From an uncultured Akkermansia sp. (GTDB taxonomy: Bacteria > Verrucomicrobiota > Verrucomicrobiia > Limisphaerales > UBA9464), in contig CAYLTF010000005.1 in the NCBI GenBank assembly GCA_964386625.1, positions 1 to 61,592 of the forward strand: 61,592 nt of DNA. Direction: 5' to 3'. This document shows, one piece after another, positions 46,035 through 56,195 of the stretch. The position numbers and the translations under genes are program-made. The stretch's first letter is position 1. Every line of letters starts with the position of its first letter. The notes beneath the pieces are model-generated. The model was not told the DNA's origin. It ran no database searches and saw only the letters and a program-made list of their open reading frames with translations.

Positions 46035-47294
46035 ATGGAATGCCTCCCCGGTTTCCGCGAATTCTATCCCGAGCCGCTGCCTCTGAAGGACGCCTGGTCC
46101 TGCGATGCACGCAACCACCTCTTCGACGCCTGGCGGCACACCGCCCGCTGTTACGGGTTCCGGGAGTATGACGGCCCTCCGTTGGAGCCGCTCGAGCTCT
46201 ACACGGCCAAGTCGGGTGCCGAGATCGTGGGGCAGTTGTTCAACTTCGTGGACAAGGGCGATAGGTCGGTTTCGATGCGTCCGGAGATGACGCCGACGGT
46301 CGCCCGCATGATCGCCGCGGCGGAGCGGGCCTACAAGAAGCCCATCAAATGGTTCTCGATGCCGCAGCTCTTCCGGTACGAGAAGCAGCAGCGCGGCCGC
46401 CTGCGGGAGCATTTCCAGTTGAATTGCGACATCTTCGGCGAGGCCGACGTCGCCGCCGACGCCGAGATCATCGCGCTGCTCATCGATGTGCTGCGCCGCC
46501 TGGGACTCGATTCCCAGGACTTCGTGGTCCGGTTGAGCAGCCGGCAGGCCTGGCAGCGGTTCTATGAATCGCGCAACGGCGATCCCGCCCGCGCCTACGA
46601 GTTCTACCAGGTCATCGACAAGATCGAGCGCGAGAAGCCGGAGGTCACGGCGCAGAAGCTCCAGGTGCTGGGGATCGACGTGGCCGATGTCCGGAAGTTC
46701 ATCGAAGCCGGGGAGCCGACGCCCGAGTTGCAGGCCGTGCTCGACAATCTGGCGGCCCGGGGCCTGCGCGACTACGTGGCCATCGATTACAACGTGATCC
46801 GCGGCCTGGCCTACTACACGGGCGTCGTCTTCGAGGCGTTCGACCGCAAGGGCGAGTTCCGGGCCATCGCCGGAGGCGGCCGGTACGATCAGTTGGTCAA
46901 GCTGTTGAGCCAGGGCAAGGTCGATCTCCCGGCGCTGGGATTCGGCATGGGCGATGTCGTCCTGCTGGAGTTGCTCAAGGCTCGCGGCAAGCTGCCCTCC
47001 TTCAACGCCGGCCTCGATTGCGTGGTCATCATCGAGGACGAATCCCTCCGTGCGGAATCGCTGGCCCTGGTCCAGGAGTTGCGCCAGATCGGTCGCCTGG
47101 TGGAGTACAGCCTGACCCCGGCCAAGGGGGACAAGCAGCTCAAGCGCGCCCTCGAGTTGGGTGCGCGCTACAGCCACTGGGTCCAGCGCGATGCCCAGGG
47201 AAAGATCGTCTACCGGACCCGCCACCTGGCCAGCCGGTGCGAGTTGACCGGCGACCTCAAGTCTGCGCTGACCACCAGCGATCCCTTGAGGTGA
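46035..47294 (+). CDS. hisS: Histidine--tRNA ligase
   Basis: The ATG at 46035 gives 419 aa. Class II aaRS motifs are present: 'MPQLFRYEKQQRGRLREHFQLNCDIFG' (motif 2 region), 'AIAGGGRYDQL' (motif 3 region), and the N-terminal 'GFREFYPE'. Confidence 0.9.
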   Translation: MECLPGFREFYPEPLPLKDAWSCDARNHLFDAWRHTARCYGFREYDGPPLEPLELYTAKSGAEIVGQLFNFVDKGDRSVSMRPEMTPTVARMIAAAERAYKKPIKWFSMPQLFRYEKQQRGRLREHFQLNCDIFGEADVAADAEIIALLIDVLRRLGLDSQDFVVRLSSRQAWQRFYESRNGDPARAYEFYQVIDKIEREKPEVTAQKLQVLGIDVADVRKFIEAGEPTPELQAVLDNLAARGLRDYVAIDYNVIRGLAYYTGVVFEAFDRKGEFRAIAGGGRYDQLVKLLSQGKVDLPALGFGMGDVVLLELLKARGKLPSFNAGLDCVVIIEDESLRAESLALVQELRQIGRLVEYSLTPAKGDKQLKRALELGARYSHWVQRDAQGKIVYRTRHLASRCELTGDLKSALTTSDPLR

Positions 47295-47384
47295 GGAGGG
47301 GTGCTGCAGCCCGCAGCGGCATGCACGGCCGCTCCAGGAGCTGAGGAGACCGGCGCGCCGGCCTTGGGGTTGGGCGCGCCCCGG

Positions 47385-48563
47385 TCAACCTGCCGGACGG
47401 AATCCACGCTCGGCGAACCGGGCGAGCGTCCACTCGTATTCGTGGACCAGTTGGTCGACCACATCGCGTTGTTTCATCGCGGCAGGCATGACCTCCCAGG
47501 TGTAGGTCTCCATCTCGAAATGGCGGCAGAGCCCCGGGTCGGCCTTGACCGCGTCGAGGACCCCGACGAGATGGTCGGCCGTGGTGCCGAATCCCCCCTG
47601 GGGCTCCGCATGCAGCGGGATGTGGAAATGCACGCGCCACTCCGGCAGCGGAGCCCCTGCGGCGGTCGTCGGCGTGGCCAGCGCATCCTGGAGGTCGGCA
47701 TGGCGAACCAGAGTCCCGTCGGGGCGGCGTTCGATGACTTGATGGAAGTAGATGTCCTCGGCGAAGGCCTGCAACGCGTGCCGCACGTCGGGTGTGGGCC
47801 GCACGGACAGGGCGTTGCTGAGGTGGATCTTGCTCAGGCGGATGCCCGCCGCCCGCAGCCGCGACAGCGCCTCGGCCGGGGACTCGTATTCGATGGCGAG
47901 GTGGCAGCAGTCGTAGTTGACCCCCAGGCGCGTCTCGATGCGGCGGTCTCCCGGTCGAGCGGCCCGGAGGCGTTCGAAATACCCGACGCACTCCGCGGTC
48001 GTCTCCAGCGTGCACAGCGGTTCCGGTTCGAGCCCGAGGTGCAGGTCGTGACCGGATTCCCGGGAGAGATCCTCCAGGAAGTCCACGCATTCCCAGAGTT
48101 GTTGGATGGCGAGTCGATCCTCCTCGGGCGAACGTTGGAACGCCTTGTAGGACACCGGCACCGTGCTGACGCTGCCCGGCACTCCTGGCGGCAGGAGGTC
48201 GGCGAGGATCCGGAAGAGTCTCCGGGTGTATTCGAGGCGTTCCGGCCGAGACCAATCCGGGCGGTAGACCTGCTCCTTGACCCGTTGCCCATGGAACTGG
48301 CCGTACGGGAACCCGTTGATCGTGAAGACGTAGGCGTTGTGACGTTGGAGCCACTCCCGGAAGGCCCGGAAGGTGGCGGGTTCCACCAGTTCCCGAGAGG
48401 CCCGGTCGCTGAGGCGGAGCCCGATGGCGTAGGGGCGTCCGCCGCTGACGCGGTCCTGCACCGCGCGGGTGTGACGCTCGAGGCCGGCGAAGGTCTCCGC
48501 CCAGTCCTCTCCGCGATGGATGTTGGTGCAATAGGCCAGGTGCAGTCCGTCGGTCAGTTGCAT
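47385..48563 (-). CDS. Xylose isomerase-like TIM-barrel protein, EboE-like (metabolite traffic protein family)
   Basis: 392 aa. The N-terminal 'LAYCTNIHRGEDWAETF' and the overall layout resemble what I recall of EboE-type TIM-barrel proteins. This is from memory, not a search. Confidence 0.5.
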   Translation of the reverse strand: MQLTDGLHLAYCTNIHRGEDWAETFAGLERHTRAVQDRVSGGRPYAIGLRLSDRASRELVEPATFRAFREWLQRHNAYVFTINGFPYGQFHGQRVKEQVYRPDWSRPERLEYTRRLFRILADLLPPGVPGSVSTVPVSYKAFQRSPEEDRLAIQQLWECVDFLEDLSRESGHDLHLGLEPEPLCTLETTAECVGYFERLRAARPGDRRIETRLGVNYDCCHLAIEYESPAEALSRLRAAGIRLSKIHLSNALSVRPTPDVRHALQAFAEDIYFHQVIERRPDGTLVRHADLQDALATPTTAAGAPLPEWRVHFHIPLHAEPQGGFGTTADHLVGVLDAVKADPGLCRHFEMETYTWEVMPAAMKQRDVVDQLVHEYEWTLARFAERGFRPAG

Positions 48564-48667
48564 GCGGACCGATGGAAACCCGATCGGAGCCCGATAAAAA
48601 GCTCTCTTCGAAGCGTCCTTTCCTGTTTCCCGTCAGCCGTTACCCTCTCGCCGTGCACAAGAATTGG

Positions 48668-50473
48668 ATGCCGTGCGTCCTGGCCTCGTTGGTGGGATGG
48701 GTCCTGCCGCTCCCCGCGCAATCGGTGGTCATCAGTGAGGTGATGTACGAGCCCCCGGGCGGCACCGCTTTCGCCGAGGCCGAATTCCTCGAACTCTTCA
48801 ATCCGGGTTCCGTGGCCGCGGACCTCTCCGGCGCGACCTTCACGGCAGGCATCGGATTCACGTTTCCCTCGCCCTTCCTGCTCCCACCCAAGGCCCGAGC
48901 GGTGGTCTGCCGCAACCCTGCGCTCCTCAAGTCGCGGTACGGGAGCGTCCCGGGGTTGCTGGAGGGAGCCTACCTCGGCGCGCTGAACAACGGGGGCGAG
49001 ACCCTGGTGCTCGCCGGCACCGACGGTTCGATCCTGGCCCAACTCAAGTACGGCATCGGTGGGGATTGGCCCAGCCGGCCGGCGGGCAACGGAGGATCGA
49101 TCGAGTTGGTGGACCCCTTGGCTGACCCGACCCTGGCCTCCAACTGGAGGGCCAGCGCCGAATTCCACGGGTCACCCGGCACCGCCGGCTCCGGGGCACC
49201 GAACCGGGTGGTGATCAACGAGTTGCTGGCGCACACCGATCCGCCCCTCGAGGATGCGGTCGAATTGTTCAACCGGACCGATCAACCGATCGATGTGGGC
49301 GGCTGGTTCTTGTCGAACGACCTGGCCGACCCGTTCCGATTCCGCATCCCGCCGGGAACCGTGGTTCCGCCGCGCGGGTTCCGCATGATCTACGAGTACC
49401 AGTTCAACCCGCTTCAGCCGGCTCCGGGTCGCACGGCCTTCACCTTCGGTGCCGCGCGCGGAGGAGTGGTCACGCTGCTTTCCGCTGATTCCCGGGAAGT
49501 TCCCCAGCGGTGGGAAGACGTGCAGGAGTTTCCCGCCAGCCCCAATGGAGTGAGCTTCGGTCTCCATCCCGACGGCGAGGGGCCGTTTCTGTTGATGCAG
49601 CGGATGACGCTCGGGACCGGCATCGACAACTCGATGGATCCGATGCTGTTGAACATTTTCCGGCAGGGACTCGGGGGCACGAACGCGCCTCATGCCCTTG
49701 GGCCGATCGTGTTCCGGCGGTTGCGGCACTCGGCCCCCGCCGGTGAGATCGAGTTCTTGGAGCTGGAGAATGTGTCCTCCCGGACGGTGCCTCTTTACGA
49801 CCCGGCCTATCCGACGAATGGATGGCGCATCGAGGGAGGGATCGGGTTCAATTTCTCGGAACCCCAGGCGATGCCACCGGGCGCCCGGTGGATCGTCGCC
49901 AACACCAACGATCCGGCGGCGGTCCGCCGCCTCCTGGGGTTGTCCCAGGATCAGGTCGTGTTGGGGCCGTACACGGGGCAGCTCGCTTCCGGGGGAGAGC
50001 GGGTGACGCTGGTGCGCCCCGACACCCCCCAGTTGCCCCCGCGACCGGACGCCGGATTCGTGCCGTACTATGTCGTGGAGCAGCTGGATTACCGTTCAGC
50101 GGCGCCGTGGCCCGCCGATGCGGCCTCACCCGATCGCTGCCTCGCCCGGATCGTCTCCACGGAGCCGGCGCATTTGCCCACGAACTGGCGAGCGGAGCCT
50201 CTGGTGACGACCGAGGCGGTGCGGCCATCGCTGGTGCTCGAGGCGGTCTCCGGCGGTCTGGTCCGTCTGCGCACCCGCGGGCCGAGGGACAGGGGATACG
50301 TCTTGGAGCGGGGTGTCTTGACCGGAGGAACCTTCATCGCCACGGCTACCGTGTTGACCGGTTCCTACTCGGCACCGCCGGGCTCGGTTCAGACCGACGG
50401 CACCGTGGAGCGCGCCTTCGAATTGCCCGCGGGCGAATCCGCCGAGATCTGGCGGATCCGCCTCGGTCCGTGA
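48668..50473 (+). CDS. Secreted protein with three lamin-tail-domain (LTD)-like modules
   Basis: Signal-like N-terminus ('MPCVLASLVGWVLPLPAQS'); an in-frame GTG at 48653 is the alternative start. There are three LTD-like starts: 'VVISEVMYEP...AEFLELFNPG', 'VVINELLAHT...DAVELFNRTD', and 'GEIEFLELENVS'. Confidence 0.6.
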   Translation: MPCVLASLVGWVLPLPAQSVVISEVMYEPPGGTAFAEAEFLELFNPGSVAADLSGATFTAGIGFTFPSPFLLPPKARAVVCRNPALLKSRYGSVPGLLEGAYLGALNNGGETLVLAGTDGSILAQLKYGIGGDWPSRPAGNGGSIELVDPLADPTLASNWRASAEFHGSPGTAGSGAPNRVVINELLAHTDPPLEDAVELFNRTDQPIDVGGWFLSNDLADPFRFRIPPGTVVPPRGFRMIYEYQFNPLQPAPGRTAFTFGAARGGVVTLLSADSREVPQRWEDVQEFPASPNGVSFGLHPDGEGPFLLMQRMTLGTGIDNSMDPMLLNIFRQGLGGTNAPHALGPIVFRRLRHSAPAGEIEFLELENVSSRTVPLYDPAYPTNGWRIEGGIGFNFSEPQAMPPGARWIVANTNDPAAVRRLLGLSQDQVVLGPYTGQLASGGERVTLVRPDTPQLPPRPDAGFVPYYVVEQLDYRSAAPWPADAASPDRCLARIVSTEPAHLPTNWRAEPLVTTEAVRPSLVLEAVSGGLVRLRTRGPRDRGYVLERGVLTGGTFIATATVLTGSYSAPPGSVQTDGTVERAFELPAGESAEIWRIRLGP

Positions 50474-50495
50474 TCGGGACCCGATCCGGGGCAGG

Positions 50496-50529
50496 CAGGG
50501 CGAGGTGTCCCGCGATGGGGCTCGCCCTG
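50496..50529. terminator. Hairpin between convergent genes (possible bidirectional terminator)
   Basis: A 9-bp stem (CAGGGCGAG / CTCGCCCTG) with a 16-nt loop, lying between the stops at 50473 (+) and 50537 (-). There is no clear U-tract. Confidence 0.3.
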
Positions 50530-50536
50530 GGGTCGC

Positions 50537-51535
50537 TCACTTCAGTTCGTGCGATTCGACTTTGACGCCCTTCTTGAAGGTGTTGAAGCCGAACATCGAC
50601 GGTTCAAACACGCCCACCGGAGCCACGTCCGCCTTCTTCGGCACCTCCAACCCGGTCAGGGAATAGGCGGCGTTGACGAAGAGTCGACGGAGGTCCTCGC
50701 TGCGCAGGTCGGTGGCCGCGCCGATCGTGGTGCAGAGGATCTGGGAAGTGTGCCCTGAGGCACCCTTGTGGTCGCGCAGCCAGACCAGGGGCATGGCCGG
50801 CTTGGACAAGTTCGGCGGGTCGTTGGGCTGCATCCCGGTCAACACCTGGCCGTGCATGAGGACGGTGGCGTCTTTCGGGAAGTCGGGGTTCACCCCGTAG
50901 ACATCGCTCGGCCCGAAGACATCGAACACGCCGTTGAGGATCGGGTGCTTCGCGTACCGTCCGTCGATCACGCCCCGAGTGGCCTCCTTGCCATGGTGCC
51001 CGTGATGGTAGGTCCACGTCTCGCCCACGGTCTTGCCGCCGAACCCCCCGCCCTTGGCCGTCCACGAGTACCCGGCATAAGGGCTCTGTTTGTTGCGCTC
51101 GTAATTGAAGGCATGGGTCGCCGTCCGGACGACCATCATGGGCTTGCCGCTGTCGAGGTACCGCACGAAATGCTCCATGTCGGCATCGGGCAATTCGCGG
51201 AAGCGGAACTGATTGACCACCAGGTCGGCCGAGGCCAGCAGGTGCATGCCGGGGATGTTGGTCTGGTTGTTGGGATTGATGGTTCCGTCGGCGTCCTGGC
51301 TGAAGAGCACGATGCACTTGAAGCCGTGCTTCTGGCTGAGGATCTTGCCCATCTGAGGGAGGCTTTCCTCGGACCGGTATTCTTCATCGCCGCTCATCAG
51401 GACGATGGTCTTGCCGTTGGCTGTTCCGGCCTTCGGTTCGTAGGTGACCCAAGGCCCCGCCCAGGCGGGCAAGGCGGCGGCCACGAGGGAAACCAGGGAG
51501 CAGGTCAGGGCACGATTGGGGAAGTGCTGTTTCAT
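50537..51535 (-). CDS. ThuA-domain (class I glutamine amidotransferase-like) secreted protein
   Basis: The ATG at 51535 gives signal peptide 'MKQHFPNRALTCSLVSLVAAALPAWA'. 'VLMSGDEEYRSEESLPQMGKIL' and 'VVRTATHAF' match the PVC-abundant ThuA-domain family as I recall it. Confidence 0.6.
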   Translation of the reverse strand: MKQHFPNRALTCSLVSLVAAALPAWAGPWVTYEPKAGTANGKTIVLMSGDEEYRSEESLPQMGKILSQKHGFKCIVLFSQDADGTINPNNQTNIPGMHLLASADLVVNQFRFRELPDADMEHFVRYLDSGKPMMVVRTATHAFNYERNKQSPYAGYSWTAKGGGFGGKTVGETWTYHHGHHGKEATRGVIDGRYAKHPILNGVFDVFGPSDVYGVNPDFPKDATVLMHGQVLTGMQPNDPPNLSKPAMPLVWLRDHKGASGHTSQILCTTIGAATDLRSEDLRRLFVNAAYSLTGLEVPKKADVAPVGVFEPSMFGFNTFKKGVKVESHELK

Positions 51536-51782
51536 AGGCGTGGGTCCATTCCAGCAGTTCTGCCGTCCGCAAGCCAGCCTTTCAACAGGCGCGTGCCCGG
51601 CGAAGTGCGCCAATGAGACGAAGGGGCAGCCGTGAGTTGCGCCAGGTTGGCTCGTGGTGTCTCAAAACCCTGGGTTTGGTGAGGGGTTCACGGCACGAAA
51701 TGCCTCGAAACTGGCAAAAATCGGGTTGGCCCTCTGAATGCTTCCCGGATCCGAGATCGGAGACCGAAAGGGGGGTTTTCCC

Positions 51783-53045
51783 ATGAAACCTCGCCGCTTC
51801 GGAACGAGTCCGATGAAACCAGTGAACAAAATCGCCTCGGGCGACTCCAACGCTTCCAGAGAGATGAAAACGAATTTCAAGACCAAGCGGCCCGGAACCG
51901 GATCCCATGCGAACTCCGGCAAAGCCAAAGGGCTTCGGGCTCGGACCTCCTCCTCCTCCACGAAGGCTCGGCCCCGGCGCTCCCGCAAGGCCGCCATCTC
52001 GAAGCGAACCCGTCCGATCGCGCTCCCGCCGACGCCTGCCGCGGATCGTTCCCGCATCCAGGTTCCCCGCGGGCCGCTCCCTCCGGGCGAGGTGGTGATC
52101 CCGGTCGAGACGTTGGCGACCTCGCGGGCGGTTCCCCTGAAGGTGGAGGCGGAGGATCCCTCCATCGCCCTCCGTGAAACGCGGTCGACCGAATCGGCCG
52201 GGCGCGGAGTGTGGGATGAGCATTCCTCCCTGCGACTCTACCTGCGCGACGCCGTCGAGACCCCTCTGCTGACCGCTCAAGAAGAGGTCGAGTTGGCCCG
52301 GCGGATCCAGAAGGGCGACGAAGCGGCCCGAGAGCACATGATCCGGGCCAATTTGCGCCTGGTGATCAAGATCGCCCGGGAATACGAAGATTACGGCCTG
52401 CCGCTCCTCGACCTCGTCAACGAGGGCAACATCGGCTTGATGCGCGCGGTGGAGCGCTTCGATCCGGACCGGGGTGCCAAGCTCTCGACCTATGCCGCCT
52501 GGTGGATCAAGCAGTCCATCAAGCGGGCCCTGTCCAATCAGTCGAAGTCCATTCGCCTGCCCATCCACATCGTCCAGGAACTGGCCCGCATGAAGAAGGC
52601 CGAGGTGCGCCTCGAGTCCGAACTCGGGCGCCCGGCCACCGATGTCGAGTTGGCCGGTGAACTCGAGGCCGATGTCGAGGACATCCGCCGTTGGCGAGAG
52701 GCGGCCGCCGTGGGTGCGACCTCCCTCGACGCCCCGATCGGCAACGACCCCGAGTCGAACCGCATCGCCGATGTGATCGCCGACGAATCCGCCGTGATGC
52801 CGTGGGCGGGAGTGAGCGAGTCGAGCAACGCCGAACTCATGCGCGAACTGGTGGGTTCGTTGAATCCGCGCGAGCAGGTGATCCTCAATCAGCGCTTCGC
52901 GCTGGAAGGGGGAGACCCCCGCACGTTGGAGGAGATCGGCGCCGACTTCGGCCTCACGCGCGAGCGGATCCGCCAACTCGAGGCCGCCGCGCTCCGGAAG
53001 TTGCGCGACCGGTTCCTCGCCCGCGAGGCGATGGCCGAGGCCTGA
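51783..53045 (+). CDS. RpoD-family (group 1/2) sigma-70 factor with basic N-terminal extension
   Basis: Region 2 is 'ANLRLVIKIAREYEDYGLPLLDLVNEGNIGLMRAVERFDPDRGAKLSTYAAWWIKQSIKRAL'. Region 4.2 is 'TLEEIGADFGLTRERIRQLEAAALRKLR'. The start is uncertain: ATGs at 51738, 51783 and 51813 are all in frame. Confidence 0.85.
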   Translation: MKPRRFGTSPMKPVNKIASGDSNASREMKTNFKTKRPGTGSHANSGKAKGLRARTSSSSTKARPRRSRKAAISKRTRPIALPPTPAADRSRIQVPRGPLPPGEVVIPVETLATSRAVPLKVEAEDPSIALRETRSTESAGRGVWDEHSSLRLYLRDAVETPLLTAQEEVELARRIQKGDEAAREHMIRANLRLVIKIAREYEDYGLPLLDLVNEGNIGLMRAVERFDPDRGAKLSTYAAWWIKQSIKRALSNQSKSIRLPIHIVQELARMKKAEVRLESELGRPATDVELAGELEADVEDIRRWREAAAVGATSLDAPIGNDPESNRIADVIADESAVMPWAGVSESSNAELMRELVGSLNPREQVILNQRFALEGGDPRTLEEIGADFGLTRERIRQLEAAALRKLRDRFLAREAMAEA

Positions 53046-53115
53046 GGCCTGAGGCGGGGCCGTCGGGCCGTGCCCGAACCCGGACTGCATTTCAGGGAGC
53101 CCCTCGGACTGACGG

Positions 53116-56034
53116 TCAGGCCGAGGTGGCTCCTGTTTCTTTTCTGCGCTTGAGGCGTTCGCGGAGGGTCAGCAGCGCCGGCAGCATGGTCATGGCAGCG
53201 ATCATGCAGGTGGCCGTGCCGACCGCCATGACCCAACCGAGACTGCGGATGCCCCGGTGGTCTGCGATGATGAGGCTGCCGAATCCGGCGATCGTGGTGA
53301 GGCCCGAGATGAGCACCGCTTTCCCGGTGCTCTTGCCCAGGATGGCCGGTGTCCGTTCCTCGGCGAACCGGTTCAGGATGTGGATGCCATTGGTGACGCC
53401 GATCCCGATGACCAGCGGCAGCGTCATGATGTTGGCCGGATTGAACGGGATTCCGGCGACCCCCATGAAGCCGACCATCCACAATGAACCCAACGCCACG
53501 GGGAACAGGGACAGGAACACCTGCGTCGGAGAACGGAAGTGGATGAAGACCAGCAACACGATGGCCCCCAGCGCCCACCCCGCCGCCTCGATGTACGAGA
53601 CCTTGAGGAGCTCGGTGTAGTAGTAGAGTTGGACCGGGGTTCCCGTGGCCGTCGGTGCGACCGATCGGATGTCCTTCACGAAGTCGTGCTGGGCCTGGCG
53701 TTCCCAGACGTCTTCCTTCGGATAGACCAGGATCAGGTGCTTTCCGGTGATCCCGATGAAACGGTTCCTCAGCACCGGAGGCAGGTCCGACTCGCGGAGG
53801 CCGCCCGACTCATCCTGCTGCTTGAGGGTCTCGAAGGTCTCGTGGATGTCCCGGAACAGCGCGTATTGGAAATGCCCCAGTTGGCGCGCGTTGGACTGCC
53901 GATCCCCGCGGAACATGGACGAGCGCAGTTCGGCAATGGCCTCTCTCAACGAGGTCATGTGCTTGAGCAGGTCCTTCTCCTCGGGGGCGGTCTTGCGGAC
54001 TTCGTCGGCCGCGAGGGCCAGGAGTCCTTGGAGTCCCCACAGACGCTGGCTGAAGGCATTGAGGTCCAGCGGACCGTCCGCCACCCGAGGGAAGGCGATC
54101 GATCGGGTCTCCTGCCGGATCTCGCGGATCAACCGCAATTGTTCGGTCGAATCCTGGTTCAGGTAGTGGCCCATCGAGTCCACTCCGGCCACCGTGGGCA
54201 GGGCCTTCAATTTGGCTTCGATGGCGGGCACCTCGGCCACGGATGGGACCATGACCGCCCCGAAAAGCACCCCTTGGGCCCGTTCCTCGGAGGCCCCGCC
54301 TTTTCGAACCCGCGCGGCTTCGACGAGTTTCTTCTCGAAGATCACCGATGAGAGCCCATCGCTCTGCATGTTCAGCAGGTTGTAGTCGAACGAGACCCGG
54401 GAAGCGTAGACCACGCACAGGGCGCTCAGGCTCACCCCGGCCCCGAGCACCCACCAGGGGCGCTCCAGCCAGAACCGCTCGGCCCGTTCGCGCCAGTCGG
54501 TGGTGGGGGCTTGGACGGTCGGTGTGACATCGACGGCGACGGAGGGGGGCGCCGGCGACTCTTCCCGCCTGAGCCCTTTCTCGCCCAGCAGCAGCGCGGG
54601 CAGGAGGGTCATCATCGGAAAGAGGCAGATGAGCATGCCACCGCCGCTGATCACCCCCATCTCCTGGATGCCGCGGAAATCGGTCAGAGCCATGGCAAAG
54701 AAGGCTCCCGCAGTGGTGAAGCAGCCGGTGAAGATGCCTTGGCCCGTGTTGACCACCGCCCGACTGATCGCGGTGAAGGCCGTTTCCCCACTGTGGAGTT
54801 CCTCCTCGAAGCGGCTGATCAGGTGGACCCCGAAGTCGATCGCCAGTCCGATGAGCATCGGCGCGAAGGTGATGGTGAGGATGTTCAGGTGGCCGACGAC
54901 GAGCGTGGTGTAGCCCATCGTGTAGCACAGGCCCACCACCAGCGAGAGGACGGTCTTCTGGGGGCGCCCCCGATGGTTGTAGCCGATCAGGAAGAGCAAG
55001 CCGCACAGCACCAGGGAGAGCAGGGTCGCCCAGGTGGAGTCCTTCTCGGACTGCTTCATCTCGTCCACCTCGAGCACGGGCTCGCCGGTGAGGCCCACGT
55101 TGACCCCCGACACCTCGCGCACCGTTTCGGCGATCAGCTCGCGGAAACGCCGGACGGCCGCCTCGCTGAGCTCGCCCTGCCGCCATTTCAAATCGGCCTC
55201 GAGCTCCTGGGGAGTCTTGGCCCGGCTGCGGCCGAGCCACCGGTCCCACATCGACTGGGTGGTCTTGGGGATCTCGTCCATCGTGGCCAACCGGGCCTTG
55301 GCATTGACCAGGTAGATGCGCCCCCGGTCGAAGGTGATGTATTTGGCCCGCTCGGCCTCGGGTCCGGCCCCGAACAGGGCGTCTACCCCGGGCGACGGCG
55401 GGGTCCCGGGGCGGGTCATGCTCTCCCGGCACCGCTGGACGATGCGCTCGAGCGCCGGCAGCGCCCCGATGAGGGCGTCGTTGGAGGCGTTGGTGGAACG
55501 GTCGGCCGTGCGGATCTGGACGCTGACCTGGTGGAACACCTCGGTCAGGTTGGTCGCCTTGGAGAACTGCTCGATGAAGGGGCGGAATCCGCGGATCGCC
55601 TTGAGCATCTCCTTCAGGTCGCCCTCGGGCACGAAGAGCAGGGCCTTGCGCCCCATCAAGGGCAGGTCGCCCTTGTAGAAGACATCGGTGAACAGGTTGG
55701 TGGGCGACGCCGCGGTCGATTCGCGGTCGAGTCGTGCCCCGATCCGCTCCACGAATTGGCGATTCTTCTCCGGATCGTCGCTCTCGATGATGGCGACCAG
55801 GTCGTCCTGTCCCGGGAACTCGCGTTTCAGCTCCAGGAAGTTGCGGTGGTATTCCTGGTCGGAACCGACGAGGTCGTTCCGGTCCACGCTGAACTCCAGA
55901 CGGGCGACCGTGTACCAGATGCACACGGCGGCCAGAAGCAATTGGGGGAGGATGAACCAGGCCCGGCGTCGGTAGATCACCTGCGCCAGACGGGTCAGCA
56001 CTCGGACGGGAATGGATGCGGGGGAGTCCGCCAT
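53116..56034 (-). CDS. RND-superfamily MMPL-type exporter (HpnN-like)
   Basis: The ATG at 56034 gives 972 aa. Two blocks of ~6 TM helices are each preceded by a large soluble loop. The N-terminus 'VLTRLAQVIYRRRAWFILPQLLLAAVCIWYTVARLEFSVDRNDLV' resembles MMPL/HpnN proteins. Confidence 0.7.
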   Translation of the reverse strand: MADSPASIPVRVLTRLAQVIYRRRAWFILPQLLLAAVCIWYTVARLEFSVDRNDLVGSDQEYHRNFLELKREFPGQDDLVAIIESDDPEKNRQFVERIGARLDRESTAASPTNLFTDVFYKGDLPLMGRKALLFVPEGDLKEMLKAIRGFRPFIEQFSKATNLTEVFHQVSVQIRTADRSTNASNDALIGALPALERIVQRCRESMTRPGTPPSPGVDALFGAGPEAERAKYITFDRGRIYLVNAKARLATMDEIPKTTQSMWDRWLGRSRAKTPQELEADLKWRQGELSEAAVRRFRELIAETVREVSGVNVGLTGEPVLEVDEMKQSEKDSTWATLLSLVLCGLLFLIGYNHRGRPQKTVLSLVVGLCYTMGYTTLVVGHLNILTITFAPMLIGLAIDFGVHLISRFEEELHSGETAFTAISRAVVNTGQGIFTGCFTTAGAFFAMALTDFRGIQEMGVISGGGMLICLFPMMTLLPALLLGEKGLRREESPAPPSVAVDVTPTVQAPTTDWRERAERFWLERPWWVLGAGVSLSALCVVYASRVSFDYNLLNMQSDGLSSVIFEKKLVEAARVRKGGASEERAQGVLFGAVMVPSVAEVPAIEAKLKALPTVAGVDSMGHYLNQDSTEQLRLIREIRQETRSIAFPRVADGPLDLNAFSQRLWGLQGLLALAADEVRKTAPEEKDLLKHMTSLREAIAELRSSMFRGDRQSNARQLGHFQYALFRDIHETFETLKQQDESGGLRESDLPPVLRNRFIGITGKHLILVYPKEDVWERQAQHDFVKDIRSVAPTATGTPVQLYYYTELLKVSYIEAAGWALGAIVLLVFIHFRSPTQVFLSLFPVALGSLWMVGFMGVAGIPFNPANIMTLPLVIGIGVTNGIHILNRFAEERTPAILGKSTGKAVLISGLTTIAGFGSLIIADHRGIRSLGWVMAVGTATCMIAAMTMLPALLTLRERLKRRKETGATSA

Positions 56035-56195
56035 GGATCGGCCGCGGAAGGTAGGGCAGAGTCCAGCGATTGTCGCCTCCGGTTTCTCCTCAGGCGGGTT
56101 CCGCGATGCCCGCATCCCGTTGGGATCACATCCGGATCATGTCCGTTAAATAATCCTCGCACTGCGACGTCGGAACCCCACGCTCTGCGCACCCA

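Noticed and set aside
45900-47225. 441-aa minus-strand ORF antisense to hisS. Similar antisense ORFs cover rpoD (51582..53090), the DHQS-like gene (55995..57767) and ilvB (43757..45817).
   Set aside because: In each case the sense-strand gene has clear family motifs and the antisense product has none.
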